From contig CANHGL010000001.1 of assembly GCA_947460245.1 (NCBI GenBank), forward strand, positions 200,437 through 264,436: a stretch of 64,000 nucleotides of DNA. Direction: 5' to 3'. The notes beneath the pieces were generated by a model. The model did no database searches, was not told where the DNA came from, and saw only the letters and a program-made list of their open reading frames with translations. Each line of letters starts with the position of its first letter. Positions within the stretch are counted from its first letter, which is position 1. A program made the position numbers and the translations under genes. Below are positions 30,701 through 39,201 of this stretch, piece by piece. The stretch is from Sphingobacteriales bacterium (GTDB taxonomy: Bacteria > Bacteroidota > Bacteroidia > Chitinophagales > JADIYW01).

Positions 30701-31042
30701 ACTCCGTACGTCATTTTCTAACAAAGTGGCAAACCTTGCATTCGTCTTTCCAGGCTTATGCTCATCGGAGTCATAAATGGAGTCTATATCAAATCTATCT
30801 ACTGGAAATTTCCTGGATACCGATTTCTCGGCTTGCAAGAGCCTCCATAGTTGCTGGGTAGTATCTATATTATCAGGTAAGCGAACGCCACATCCAACTA
30901 TGGCAATTGCCTCTTTTTGTTCAGAAAATACTGTTGAAATTGTATGTTCTTTTACAGCAGCTAACTGACCTTCCAATGTCTTAATTTTTATTAGAGACTT
31001 CTGGAGCACCTGTTGCATCTGCTGTAATTGTTCGTTCGTCAT
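27791..31042 (-). CDS. type I polyketide synthase module 2: N-docking coiled coil, KS-AT-ACP, no TE
   Basis: KS: VDAACASTVLAL (Cys ~218), ESHGIGN, NIGHLEAATG. AT: GHSIGE and SHAFHS. ACP: GFDSMMSGEF. The N-terminus MTNEQLQQMQQVLQKSLIKIKTLEGQL is coiled-coil-like. About 70 aa of unassigned tail follow the ACP. Confidence 0.9.
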   Translation of the reverse strand: MTNEQLQQMQQVLQKSLIKIKTLEGQLAAVKEHTISTVFSEQKEAIAIVGCGVRLPDNIDTTQQLWRLLQAEKSVSRKFPVDRFDIDSIYDSDEHKPGKTNARFATLLENDVRSFDAAFFSIAPREAKSLDPLQRMVLEVVYEAFENAAIPSESLKGSNTGVYIALGNSDYISARFRSGNLELVDVYDTTGILFGTAGGRVSFSYDFTGPSYNVDAACASTVLALHLAKEDLQKNTIDLAVVSSANLLLTPEMFVGLSKLGSLSSSDQCKAFANDGDGYIRGEGCGVALLKRLSDAERDNDNIELVIKGSAVKHNGSSNGFTAPNPEVITLAIKEALKDSGLSAEDILYVESHGIGNRFTDAIEIQSIHEGYLGRNTPIYVGSVKANIGHLEAATGMPMLFKLIEIVRNKRIPAQININTLNEDVEWDKINTCVSTVPVDLSNSDKPIAVAINLSGYSGTNVHMIFEAPKPKCKSEDTVGPFHFIISAKNQDSLRGIAQRYLNNVNIWDRYTLTEICNTLQTGRNHFDYALSILGNTKEELQDGLGSFLNGVVSNSYIVSNPELRGGKELSFLFTGQGAQYFGMFQGYYDGFEVFRNSVEECDLVLRPLLGVSIKDILWQQDGDSNLIHQTKFTQPALFVVEYAMAKLWMHYGVQPTVLIGHSIGEIVALAVANAMDVSDALKLVVARATFMNTLPQQEGGMASVFCSAEDLRPLLEGTAIDLAAVNSVKNCTISGNKKAVEQFVEQLKEKKIRAIALNVSHAFHSHLMEPILEDFTVYVQQFRFRQPEIPVISNLTGKPLNVEDLTATYFANHIRGAVQFAAGIQWIQHTMGVSIYLEVGPNPVLISLAKQTNTDSNGVWLSSAKKDTEDVQYFNETLQQLYTTGISIAWQRLYGGKSINRVQLPTYAWDRRVYWDDPVFMHKTTTYLATTAVRQEISIPAKRATRETLLAYMQLEAAKVLGLQAGQKVDLHKTYREQGFDSMMSGEFLSLMEKHVDAELSMQVLHQYNTPSDLYQYLLETFFGGGAVDTTQAVTLADVMFAQEMADNNQQDWHEIKAQDGILMRWFKKIDKRLPSINKQEN

Positions 31043-31048
31043 TCAGGA

Positions 31049-34000
31049 TTAATTTACCTTATCGCTTAATTGTTTTAAGAGCTCCTCTAAGCTCAGCGCT
31101 TCTACTTCCGATTCGATAGCAGATTTTTCTTTTACTTCCATCAGACTTGCAACACTATTAAATTGTTGTTCTATTTTCAATTCTTTCGCCAGAAAGTCTG
31201 CTAATTTATTAACAGTAGGATAGGACCAGATAACAGAAACATTTAAACTTACTTTAAGGTCTTTCTGTAGTTTATTTTTAATCTGCAAAGCTAACAAGGA
31301 ATCAATACCATAACTCTTAAAGGTGTCCTCCTCTCTGATCTTGTGTTGATTTATTTTTGTTACAGAGGCGATAGCTTGTTTTATCTCTTGCTTTAAATAT
31401 TTAGTTGCTGCAGACAAATTAGCAAACGTCATGGATGTCGTATCCTCCGGAGTTTCGGTAGCTGCACTCAACACTTTAGATAAAATAAAATTATTTTTTA
31501 CATCCGGATTGCTGGCGACCCAATGATCGAAGTTAATATCCGCTGCTATAATCTGATCCAAATTACTCAAGAATAGTTTATCGAAATAATGATGTAATGC
31601 TGCGGAAGGAATGGGAACTAACCCAGATCCCTCGAGACGTTTTCCCCGATTATCATGACGCGCAGCCAATCCGACATCTGCAATAGTACCCCAATTTACA
31701 GACAAGCCCGCCATGTGATTCTTCCTTCTGAATGCAACCAATGCATCCAGAAAAGTATTAGCCGCTGCATAGTTGCTTTGTCCTGCCGAACCCAACACAC
31801 CGACTATAGAAGAATAGACTACAAAAATATCCAGGCTATCTCCTGGGAATAGGCGATGTATATTCCATGCACCATTTGCTTTAGGATATAAGGTATGATT
31901 GAACTTATCTTCTGTGCTATTCTCCAGCAATGCATCATCCAGTACTCCTGCTGCATGAAATACTCCTTTGATTTCCGGATGCATTTTTCGTATTTCTTCT
32001 ATGGTGTGCTGAAGGGTGTCAAAATTGGCAACGTCCGTAATATAAGAATGTATATGTACTCCGGCCAAAGCCTCTGCTTCTTTTTGTATAGCTGCTTTAA
32101 ATCCACTTCTACTTAATACAGCAATATGTCTCGCTCCTTTTTCCGCGAGCCACTTCACAGTTTCAAATCCCAGTCCATCATTACCTCCAGTTACAATATA
32201 GGTGGCCTCTGATGAAATGGTTTTCCCTAGCTCCTGATTTTCAGATTGTATAATGGCTGGTGCATATACTTCACTACCCCGAAGCGCCAACTCTTTATAT
32301 AGGGGGTCTGCAAAAGCAAGTGAAGGAATATTATTTATCTCCGTTTCTTTTATTTGTGCTGACAAATCTAATTGCACAAATTCCACGTTTGAATATTCGT
32401 ACTGCAGCGTTCTTATAACACCCGTCAACAAAGCTGCATTGAGATTTATCTGCTTATCCTCCGCAACATCCTTTAGTATATTAGCTCCATTAGTGATGGT
32501 AACTACCTTCAACTTTTTGTCGCCAAAATATTGTAGTATCCTTTGTAAAGATCCCACTCCTGAATTATAAGAGCAATTATAGATATCCTCTTTATGTAAA
32601 CTGCCAAGATGAAGGATACACGTAGCTTCTATACCAATAAGGTTCTCCTCTACACCTACTACACTAACTTCGCAACCCATCTCTAATAATCTATTCTCTA
32701 CTTCCTGATAATAGCCGTATGCATCTTCTATAATTAATATCTTTTGGGCAGATAGTTTAGGTTTTATCACTATGCTATTCCAATGTATCTCAAATAAATT
32801 TTCTTTTATACTAAACTGACTTTTCAATGACGCTTCCGTCAGCTTCTGTTCTACCTCTATCCAGTATCGTTCTTTTTGCCAGGCATAAGTTGGCAGCTCT
32901 ACAAATGCACCAATAGATGGATAAATGTTCTTCCAGTCAAATGGAACACCGCAAGAAAACAATGCTGTATAGTTCTTATAAAACTCTATTTGCTCGTTTC
33001 TGTCTCTTACATAAGAACCTATCACTTCGGAATTATTACTGACATCTTGTAAGTTCTCCTGAATAGCCATGAGAAGCGTAGGATGCGGGCTCATCTCTAT
33101 ATACACTGCATTATTGAGAGATGCAATGCTTTGTATAGCATTACCAAATTGAACAGGATTTCTCAAGTTATTACCCCAATATGCTGCATCCAATTCCTCT
33201 CCGCTCTTTATTTGATTAAATGCTGTTGAATAAAATTGAATAGAAGAATTTTTTGGCTGTATATTTTGAAGGCTACTTTTTAATTGCACTCTGATGTTAT
33301 CCATCTGAGGAGAATGGGATGCTACATCTACTTTTACTTTTCTGTTAAACCTTCCTTCTGCTTCCAGCTTGGAAAAAATCTCATCCAATGCGTGTGGATC
33401 ACCGGATAACACAGTGGCATTCTTACTATTCATTACGGCTACAGATAACTTGTCCTCATAGCCCTTCAAATATTCATTCGCTTCTTCCACCGTCAAATCT
33501 GTAGCACCCATTTCTCCTCTTCCACTTACCTGCTGCATCAAGTTACTACGCGTGATAATAATCTGTGCTGCTTCGTGTAGCGAAATATTTCCGGCAACAT
33601 AAGCAGCAGCTACTTCTCCCATACTATGTCCAACAACGATATCCGGAAACACACCCTTGCTCATCCATAAACTTGCCAATGCTATCTCTACAGCCACCAA
33701 TGCTGGCTGTACAATACCTATCTCGTTTAAACGAGAATGCTGTTCTTCTTTTTCAAGTTCTTCTAGTAAATCCCAGTCTACATATTTTTTATATACTGTA
33801 TTAATTTCCTCCAAGGTTGCCCTATAGACCACCTCCTGTTGCATTAAAGCGTTGCCCATCTGAGCCCACTGTGCGCCCTGACCGGGAAAAACAAAAACTG
33901 TTTTAGGTTCATCTTCTTGGTCAAATATTTTTTTGCTCTCGTAAGTTGCCGCTGAGACAAAATCACTCAACTGCTCTTCTAATTCTGCTTTATTTTTTGC

Positions 34001-35509
34001 TACGAACACCTCACGCACAGGAAAGTGCGTTCTGCGCAAAGCAGCCATAGCGCAAATATCCTCGAGAAGATAATCTGAATGAGTAATAAAATCGAGATAC
34101 TTTTTTACCAGTGCAATAAGTGCTTCTTCGTTTTTTGCCGACAAGGGAAGTATGAAGATATCATCTCTAACCTTATCTGTTTTTTCTGATGAAAGCGCCG
34201 GAGCTTCCTGTATGATAGCATGTGCATTGGTTCCGGTTATTCCGAATGTATTAACCCCGGCAATACGCGGTTTATTATCCGGCCATGGCATTGGCTCCTT
34301 AGGTATAGTAAGTCCTATATCATCCCATGCAACTTTAGGATTTGGATGATCGAAGTGCAAGCTAGGAAGAATCATATTATGTTGAATAGATACAACTGTC
34401 TTCAACAAACCCGCTAAGCCCGCTACAGCTTCTGTATGACCAAAATTAGTTTTAACAGAGCCTGCATAAATCTTATCTTCTTTAGTGCGATGATCCGAGA
34501 ATGCATTCCATATAGATTTTATTTCTGCGGGATCGCCAGCCTTCGTTCCAGTTCCGTGTGCTTCTACGTATATAATATCATTCGGGTCGATACCAGAACG
34601 TTGTATGGCTTTTCGAATCATCACCTCTTGCGTGGTAGCACTTGGTGCAAAAAGATTCTTGTGGGATTGACCGTCGCTATTGCAAGCTGTAGATAAAACC
34701 ACTGCATGAATTCGATCGCCTGCTTTAACTGCATCACTTAATCTTTTTACAATAATCATGGCGGCACCTTCACTGCGCACATAGCCTGTAGAACGTTCAT
34801 CACCAAACCTACATTCTCCATATTCAGAAAGCAATCCTGAGCGCGAATAGCCAATAGAGACAAAGAAATCTGTTATCGTATTGGAGGCCCCTACAAAAGC
34901 CATATCGCACTCTCCCGTATTTAAGCTCTGAGAAGCAATGTTAAGTGCTACCAAAGAGGAGGAACAGGCAGTATCTACTGTAAGAGAGGGACCTTGCAAA
35001 TTAAAGATATAAGATAACCTTCCTGATAATGCATAACGTCCACTTCCGGTAGTAGCATATACATCAATATCCTGATTACCATCTTTAAGCCTATGCTCAT
35101 AATCGCTGGTCCAGTTACCTACGAATACCCCTGTATTAGAACCTTGTAATACCTCATCTGTCAACCCTGCATTTTCTATAGACTCCTGGGTAACCTCTAA
35201 CAGCAAGCGCTGCGCAGGATCTATTTTTTCAGCCTCTAATGGAGAGATATTAAAGAACGCTGCATCGAAATACTCTACATTTTCTATGAAGCCTCCACGC
35301 TTAGTGATAATCTTATTCTTCTCTCTGTCCTTATTCACTAAGGCATCGAGATTAGGGATACGCGAAGCAGGATAATCAGTTATAGCATCTGTCTTATTAA
35401 TCAACAACTTCCATAAATCATCCAAAGAGTGAACGCCTCCCGGGAATCGACACCCGATGCCTATAATAGCCAAGGGTTCCAACCTGATATTGTTTAATTC
35501 CGGGTTCAC
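31049..35509 (-). CDS. type I polyketide synthase module 1: KS-AT-KR-ACP
   Basis: KS: VDTACSSSLVAL (Cys ~182), EAHGTGT, NFGHTEAVAG. AT: GHSMGE and VASHSPQM. KR: YIVTGGNDGLGFE, AAGVLDDA, SSIVGVLGSAGQSNYAAAN. ACP: YGIDSLLALQ. The start codon is GTG, and the stop lies 6 nt before the module-2 ATG. Confidence 0.9.
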   Translation of the reverse strand: MNPELNNIRLEPLAIIGIGCRFPGGVHSLDDLWKLLINKTDAITDYPASRIPNLDALVNKDREKNKIITKRGGFIENVEYFDAAFFNISPLEAEKIDPAQRLLLEVTQESIENAGLTDEVLQGSNTGVFVGNWTSDYEHRLKDGNQDIDVYATTGSGRYALSGRLSYIFNLQGPSLTVDTACSSSLVALNIASQSLNTGECDMAFVGASNTITDFFVSIGYSRSGLLSEYGECRFGDERSTGYVRSEGAAMIIVKRLSDAVKAGDRIHAVVLSTACNSDGQSHKNLFAPSATTQEVMIRKAIQRSGIDPNDIIYVEAHGTGTKAGDPAEIKSIWNAFSDHRTKEDKIYAGSVKTNFGHTEAVAGLAGLLKTVVSIQHNMILPSLHFDHPNPKVAWDDIGLTIPKEPMPWPDNKPRIAGVNTFGITGTNAHAIIQEAPALSSEKTDKVRDDIFILPLSAKNEEALIALVKKYLDFITHSDYLLEDICAMAALRRTHFPVREVFVAKNKAELEEQLSDFVSAATYESKKIFDQEDEPKTVFVFPGQGAQWAQMGNALMQQEVVYRATLEEINTVYKKYVDWDLLEELEKEEQHSRLNEIGIVQPALVAVEIALASLWMSKGVFPDIVVGHSMGEVAAAYVAGNISLHEAAQIIITRSNLMQQVSGRGEMGATDLTVEEANEYLKGYEDKLSVAVMNSKNATVLSGDPHALDEIFSKLEAEGRFNRKVKVDVASHSPQMDNIRVQLKSSLQNIQPKNSSIQFYSTAFNQIKSGEELDAAYWGNNLRNPVQFGNAIQSIASLNNAVYIEMSPHPTLLMAIQENLQDVSNNSEVIGSYVRDRNEQIEFYKNYTALFSCGVPFDWKNIYPSIGAFVELPTYAWQKERYWIEVEQKLTEASLKSQFSIKENLFEIHWNSIVIKPKLSAQKILIIEDAYGYYQEVENRLLEMGCEVSVVGVEENLIGIEATCILHLGSLHKEDIYNCSYNSGVGSLQRILQYFGDKKLKVVTITNGANILKDVAEDKQINLNAALLTGVIRTLQYEYSNVEFVQLDLSAQIKETEINNIPSLAFADPLYKELALRGSEVYAPAIIQSENQELGKTISSEATYIVTGGNDGLGFETVKWLAEKGARHIAVLSRSGFKAAIQKEAEALAGVHIHSYITDVANFDTLQHTIEEIRKMHPEIKGVFHAAGVLDDALLENSTEDKFNHTLYPKANGAWNIHRLFPGDSLDIFVVYSSIVGVLGSAGQSNYAAANTFLDALVAFRRKNHMAGLSVNWGTIADVGLAARHDNRGKRLEGSGLVPIPSAALHHYFDKLFLSNLDQIIAADINFDHWVASNPDVKNNFILSKVLSAATETPEDTTSMTFANLSAATKYLKQEIKQAIASVTKINQHKIREEDTFKSYGIDSLLALQIKNKLQKDLKVSLNVSVIWSYPTVNKLADFLAKELKIEQQFNSVASLMEVKEKSAIESEVEALSLEELLKQLSDKVN

Positions 35510-35555
35510 GTAATAAATTTAATTAAATTGTTTGTATTTAAAGGACAACAGCGCC

Positions 35556-36614
35556 TTACTGATTTGCCATACGAAGCCTATCTTCCTCTCTACCATCTTG
35601 CACTGCTTTGCTCAACATCAGAGGAATAATAATCAAAACCAAACTCGCTACTATACCAATTGCCGTATACAGCAATTTACTTAAATATTTAGGAGCTGTG
35701 GAGAACATCGGGTCATCCACTGTTCTTACAATATTATTCTGTGGCGTGAGTCCTACTTTTGCATTCTCTCTGGACATACTCGCATCATTGTATAAAATAC
35801 TCAATGAAGCCAAATCCTGCATTAGTTTCTGTTGCGCTATAACATTCTCTCTCTTCTTGTTAAATATATTTATATCCTGTGATGCTGCTATCAATTGCTG
35901 CTTATTCGCAATTGCATTTGATATGGAATCCACTCTTCTTGAGGTATTCTCAAATGTGGTTTTTGCATTCTCTACTTGTTTATTCTGATAAAACTGTATC
36001 GTATATTTCAGCATAGCTGCACCAAGCTGTTTAGATAGCTCATAATCCGGAGTTTCCACTTCTGCCCTTATCATCCCGGTAGGAAGATCCAACTCTGCAG
36101 TCATCAAGCCATCGCTAAAATCATCATACATAGTAGAGAACAAATCCATCTCTTTCTTGCTAATTTCCCTTATAGAGTTAGCGGTGAACTTAAAGCCTTT
36201 CAACTCTGGATCATCTTCAAAACCATCGTCGTACTTATAGGCATGCATGTAAACATTAGCAATTTTTTCTCGCTTTCCATTGACTTCCATATCGGATAAC
36301 ATCGCATTGAGAAAGATAAATCTGGAGCTAAAGATTCCTGTTAATACATCATTAGATGAACCTCCGGAAAAAGAAATGCCCATCATAGACATGATACCCC
36401 CCATAGCACTGGCCTTGGAATCAACAGCATTAAACGAAATGTTTGCAATGTAAGTAGGCGGCGTAAGCTTAGCATAGAAATAGCCTCCTAAGGTTAATAC
36501 AAGCACCCCAACAACGGATATATACCATCGCTTCAATATGTATACTAAATAACTTTTAAGGGATTCTAATACATCCACTAACCGTATATCTTCTTCCGAA
36601 AATTGCTCTTGCAT
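35556..36614 (-). CDS. Wzz-type chain-length determinant protein (no tyrosine-kinase domain)
   Basis: Wzz N-terminal region (DIRLVDVLESLKSYL, then a TM helix), a long coiled-coil periplasmic segment and a C-terminal TM helix (LLYTAIGIVASLVLIIIPL). No Walker A/B motifs and no Tyr-rich tail. ATG 36614 lies 4 nt after the wza stop. Confidence 0.65.
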   Translation of the reverse strand: MQEQFSEEDIRLVDVLESLKSYLVYILKRWYISVVGVLVLTLGGYFYAKLTPPTYIANISFNAVDSKASAMGGIMSMMGISFSGGSSNDVLTGIFSSRFIFLNAMLSDMEVNGKREKIANVYMHAYKYDDGFEDDPELKGFKFTANSIREISKKEMDLFSTMYDDFSDGLMTAELDLPTGMIRAEVETPDYELSKQLGAAMLKYTIQFYQNKQVENAKTTFENTSRRVDSISNAIANKQQLIAASQDINIFNKKRENVIAQQKLMQDLASLSILYNDASMSRENAKVGLTPQNNIVRTVDDPMFSTAPKYLSKLLYTAIGIVASLVLIIIPLMLSKAVQDGREEDRLRMANQ

Positions 36615-36618
36615 ACGT

Positions 36619-39063
36619 TTATTTTTTAAGCACAAATATTAAGGTCAGCGTAGTAGCTATAGATGTCACTGCTGCGATAACACTCGGCAAAACTATATTC
36701 CAGTTTAATACAGACTCAGGTCCTTTCGGTGGCTTAGGTGCTTTATTCTTCATTTCCACTGTAATCAAAGCACCTTCCACATCTACTGTTGGATAATCTT
36801 TTATTCCTATGAAAGAGTGCGTATAATCCACTTTTCTGTTGGGATAAATAACCAAGGTAGAATTTTTATTAGCTCCCTTCTTAAAGCCTCCTCCATAATG
36901 TTTAATATACCATCTAGCACTTTTTCCGGGAACAAACTTACCGCTTACTGTTTCAGCGCTATCCAATTCAGGATATCGTATGGCACCTCTTATACTCACC
37001 AGCTGATTTACCGTTGGAATATCAATAGAATCTCCATTCTTTAAGAACATATTTGCCCTAGATAAGGTATCTCCAAACGCTTCATTGAGTTGAAAAATCG
37101 TTTTATTCAATGCTTTATCTGTTCGGGTTAAAGCCGCATTTTTTATAAAAGCATACGTCGTTAATCCACCGGCACGTTCAATTAAATCTAAAACCCTCTC
37201 ATGTTTATCGAGAATAGGATATACCCCAGGATACTTTACTTCTCCGGTAATAGTAACTGTCATCTGTTCATCAAAGCCATAAGCCTTACGCACGAAAACT
37301 TTATCCATCGGCGATAAAATAAACCCTTTGGATGTTTCATCCAGCTCAAGATTAGAGCCAATGGTAATGGTCTGAACCAATGCGCGCTGTGGCATGAATT
37401 TCTGTGCAGCAGAGGAGTCAATATTAATTACCCTCGAAATTTCTATTTTTGAATTTGCGGCCTCTTTTTTAAATCCTCCGGCATAAAATAATAAATCATT
37501 CAATGTCATACCCTCAGTATACTGCATCGTGTCTGATTTAATAACAGAACCGTCTATGGTAACCACAAATTTCTCAACGAAATTATCCTTTGAAAAAATC
37601 TGAATATTATCAAAACGTCTGAGCAGAATATTATCTGCACTTGTTTCGCTTTCCAAAATATTCTTCAATGAAAACTTCTGATTAACATAGGTATTGTTTT
37701 CCAGCGTTCTATTGATATAGGCTCTATCAAGATAAGCATCCAGTTTTATGCCTCCGGCCATCTTGATTACATCTGAAATTCTGTATCCTTCCTTCAACTC
37801 GTATTTACCCGGATAACGAACTGTACCGCTGATTTCGATATAGTTTTCTATTCCACCCGGTACTGAAGTAATGGTAACTACATCACCATCTTTTAAATCA
37901 AAATCCTTTCCGGACTTTATCAGTTGATCATAATCTATATCTAAAATCTGCGACTGATCATTACTGATTCTTGTAATCTGTATAGTTTTGGTATATGCTT
38001 CCGGAGCAAACCCTCCAGAAAAACGAATAAGTGTAGAGAGCTTCTCATTGTCTAATAACTCATAGCTGGATGGCCTACGAACAGCCCCCATCACTTTTAC
38101 TAGTTTCTTTTGTGTAGATACGTAAATGAAATCTCCTTTCTGAAGATAGAAGTTTTCCAACAGTAAAGGATTAAACAAAAACTCATAGACATCAAAACGT
38201 TTGATGGTTTTACCATCTCTTCTCACCTGAATATCTCTGACGCTACCAATATCTGTAATTCCGCTGGCTGCGTTGATGGCATTATATACCGAGTTCACCG
38301 CTGGAATCTGATACGTTCCTGGTGTAATTACTTCTCCAACAATATTAACCTCAATAGTCCTTGCATAATTCAATGCAATTTCATATTTAGTATTAGCAGG
38401 ATCAATGAAGGTGGCTAATCGCTTGCCTATTTGCGCCTTAACTGCCCCAAAGGTGAGTCCTTTTACATATACTCTACCAAACTCCGGTATTTGAATATAA
38501 CCATCTTCATTTACTTTAAATTTATTGTTGTAGTCTGCATCTCCATAAACAGAAATACTAATCTCATCCCCAACACCCAATACATAACTATCGGGAGCTT
38601 TTGCATCTGATGATTTAACAAATAAAGCCAGCTTACCTGTGCCAAAAAAATCATGTCCGAAAATACCTTTTGAAAGCGCTTCTTTATTGGTCTGTTTAAT
38701 GCGCTCTTGCTCCTGAGAAAGCGTTAACAATAAGGAATCTTTTGTTGCTTTAATTTGCAACAACATCTGTATCATATCCTGAGGTGCTAATCCAAGGTCT
38801 AACTTTGAATTCTGACTTTGATCCGCTTTATCTTTCAGGTACTTCTGAACGGCGGTAGGATCCAAGCCCAATAACTGCAATTGCGATAAACTTGAATTCA
38901 CAGCTGGACTGCTGAAACTCATTGACTGTAATTGCTTAGCTGCGCCTGCTGCAGCTGCAGTAACTCCTGTACCGGTTAAAGCACCAGAAAAATTTCCAAG
39001 GCTTTGGGAATGCATCGCCATTACCGAACAGAGCAGGAAACACAGCGTAACAAATTTTCTCAT
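36619..39063 (-). CDS. wza: outer-membrane polysaccharide export protein (Wza family, multiple SLBB domains)
   Basis: Signal peptide MRKFVTLCFLLCSVMAMHSQ. Poly_export-like YVLGVGDEISISVYGD, followed by repeated SLBB-like units (V.V.G.V..PG.Y.......L.D.I..AGG). Confidence 0.8.
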   Translation of the reverse strand: MRKFVTLCFLLCSVMAMHSQSLGNFSGALTGTGVTAAAAGAAKQLQSMSFSSPAVNSSLSQLQLLGLDPTAVQKYLKDKADQSQNSKLDLGLAPQDMIQMLLQIKATKDSLLLTLSQEQERIKQTNKEALSKGIFGHDFFGTGKLALFVKSSDAKAPDSYVLGVGDEISISVYGDADYNNKFKVNEDGYIQIPEFGRVYVKGLTFGAVKAQIGKRLATFIDPANTKYEIALNYARTIEVNIVGEVITPGTYQIPAVNSVYNAINAASGITDIGSVRDIQVRRDGKTIKRFDVYEFLFNPLLLENFYLQKGDFIYVSTQKKLVKVMGAVRRPSSYELLDNEKLSTLIRFSGGFAPEAYTKTIQITRISNDQSQILDIDYDQLIKSGKDFDLKDGDVVTITSVPGGIENYIEISGTVRYPGKYELKEGYRISDVIKMAGGIKLDAYLDRAYINRTLENNTYVNQKFSLKNILESETSADNILLRRFDNIQIFSKDNFVEKFVVTIDGSVIKSDTMQYTEGMTLNDLLFYAGGFKKEAANSKIEISRVINIDSSAAQKFMPQRALVQTITIGSNLELDETSKGFILSPMDKVFVRKAYGFDEQMTVTITGEVKYPGVYPILDKHERVLDLIERAGGLTTYAFIKNAALTRTDKALNKTIFQLNEAFGDTLSRANMFLKNGDSIDIPTVNQLVSIRGAIRYPELDSAETVSGKFVPGKSARWYIKHYGGGFKKGANKNSTLVIYPNRKVDYTHSFIGIKDYPTVDVEGALITVEMKNKAPKPPKGPESVLNWNIVLPSVIAAVTSIATTLTLIFVLKK

Positions 39064-39086
39064 TATAAATGGACTTATTGAACTGG

Positions 39087-39094
39087 CAAAGTTA
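39087..39094 (-). promoter_or_regulatory. candidate Bacteroidota -7 promoter box (TAacTTTG) for the wza-wzz-PKS operon
   Basis: The plus strand reads CAAAGTTA, which is TAACTTTG on the minus strand and matches TAnnTTTG. It lies 23 nt upstream of the wza ATG. No clear -33 element was seen. Confidence 0.35.
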
Positions 39095-39172
39095 ATAAAA
39101 CTAAGTGTTAAATATGCAGTCGAATACGATTAAAGGGAGCATGCAGACCTAAGTAATCTTACCTTTTTCCTG

Positions 39173-39180
39173 TATTTTTG
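39173..39180 (+). promoter_or_regulatory. candidate -7 promoter box (TATTTTTG) for mnmE
   Basis: Matches TAnnTTTG, 22 nt upstream of ATG 39202. Confidence 0.35.
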
Positions 39181-39201
39181 TACTTCAGACACCATAACAG
39201 A

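Noticed and set aside
27791-35509. The PKS could be a PUFA (Pfa) synthase, a heterocyst-glycolipid synthase or an NRPS hybrid.
   Set aside because: I could see no tandem ACPs, CLF, FabA-type DH, ER, or A/C/thioester-reductase domains. Each protein reads as a single cis-AT module.
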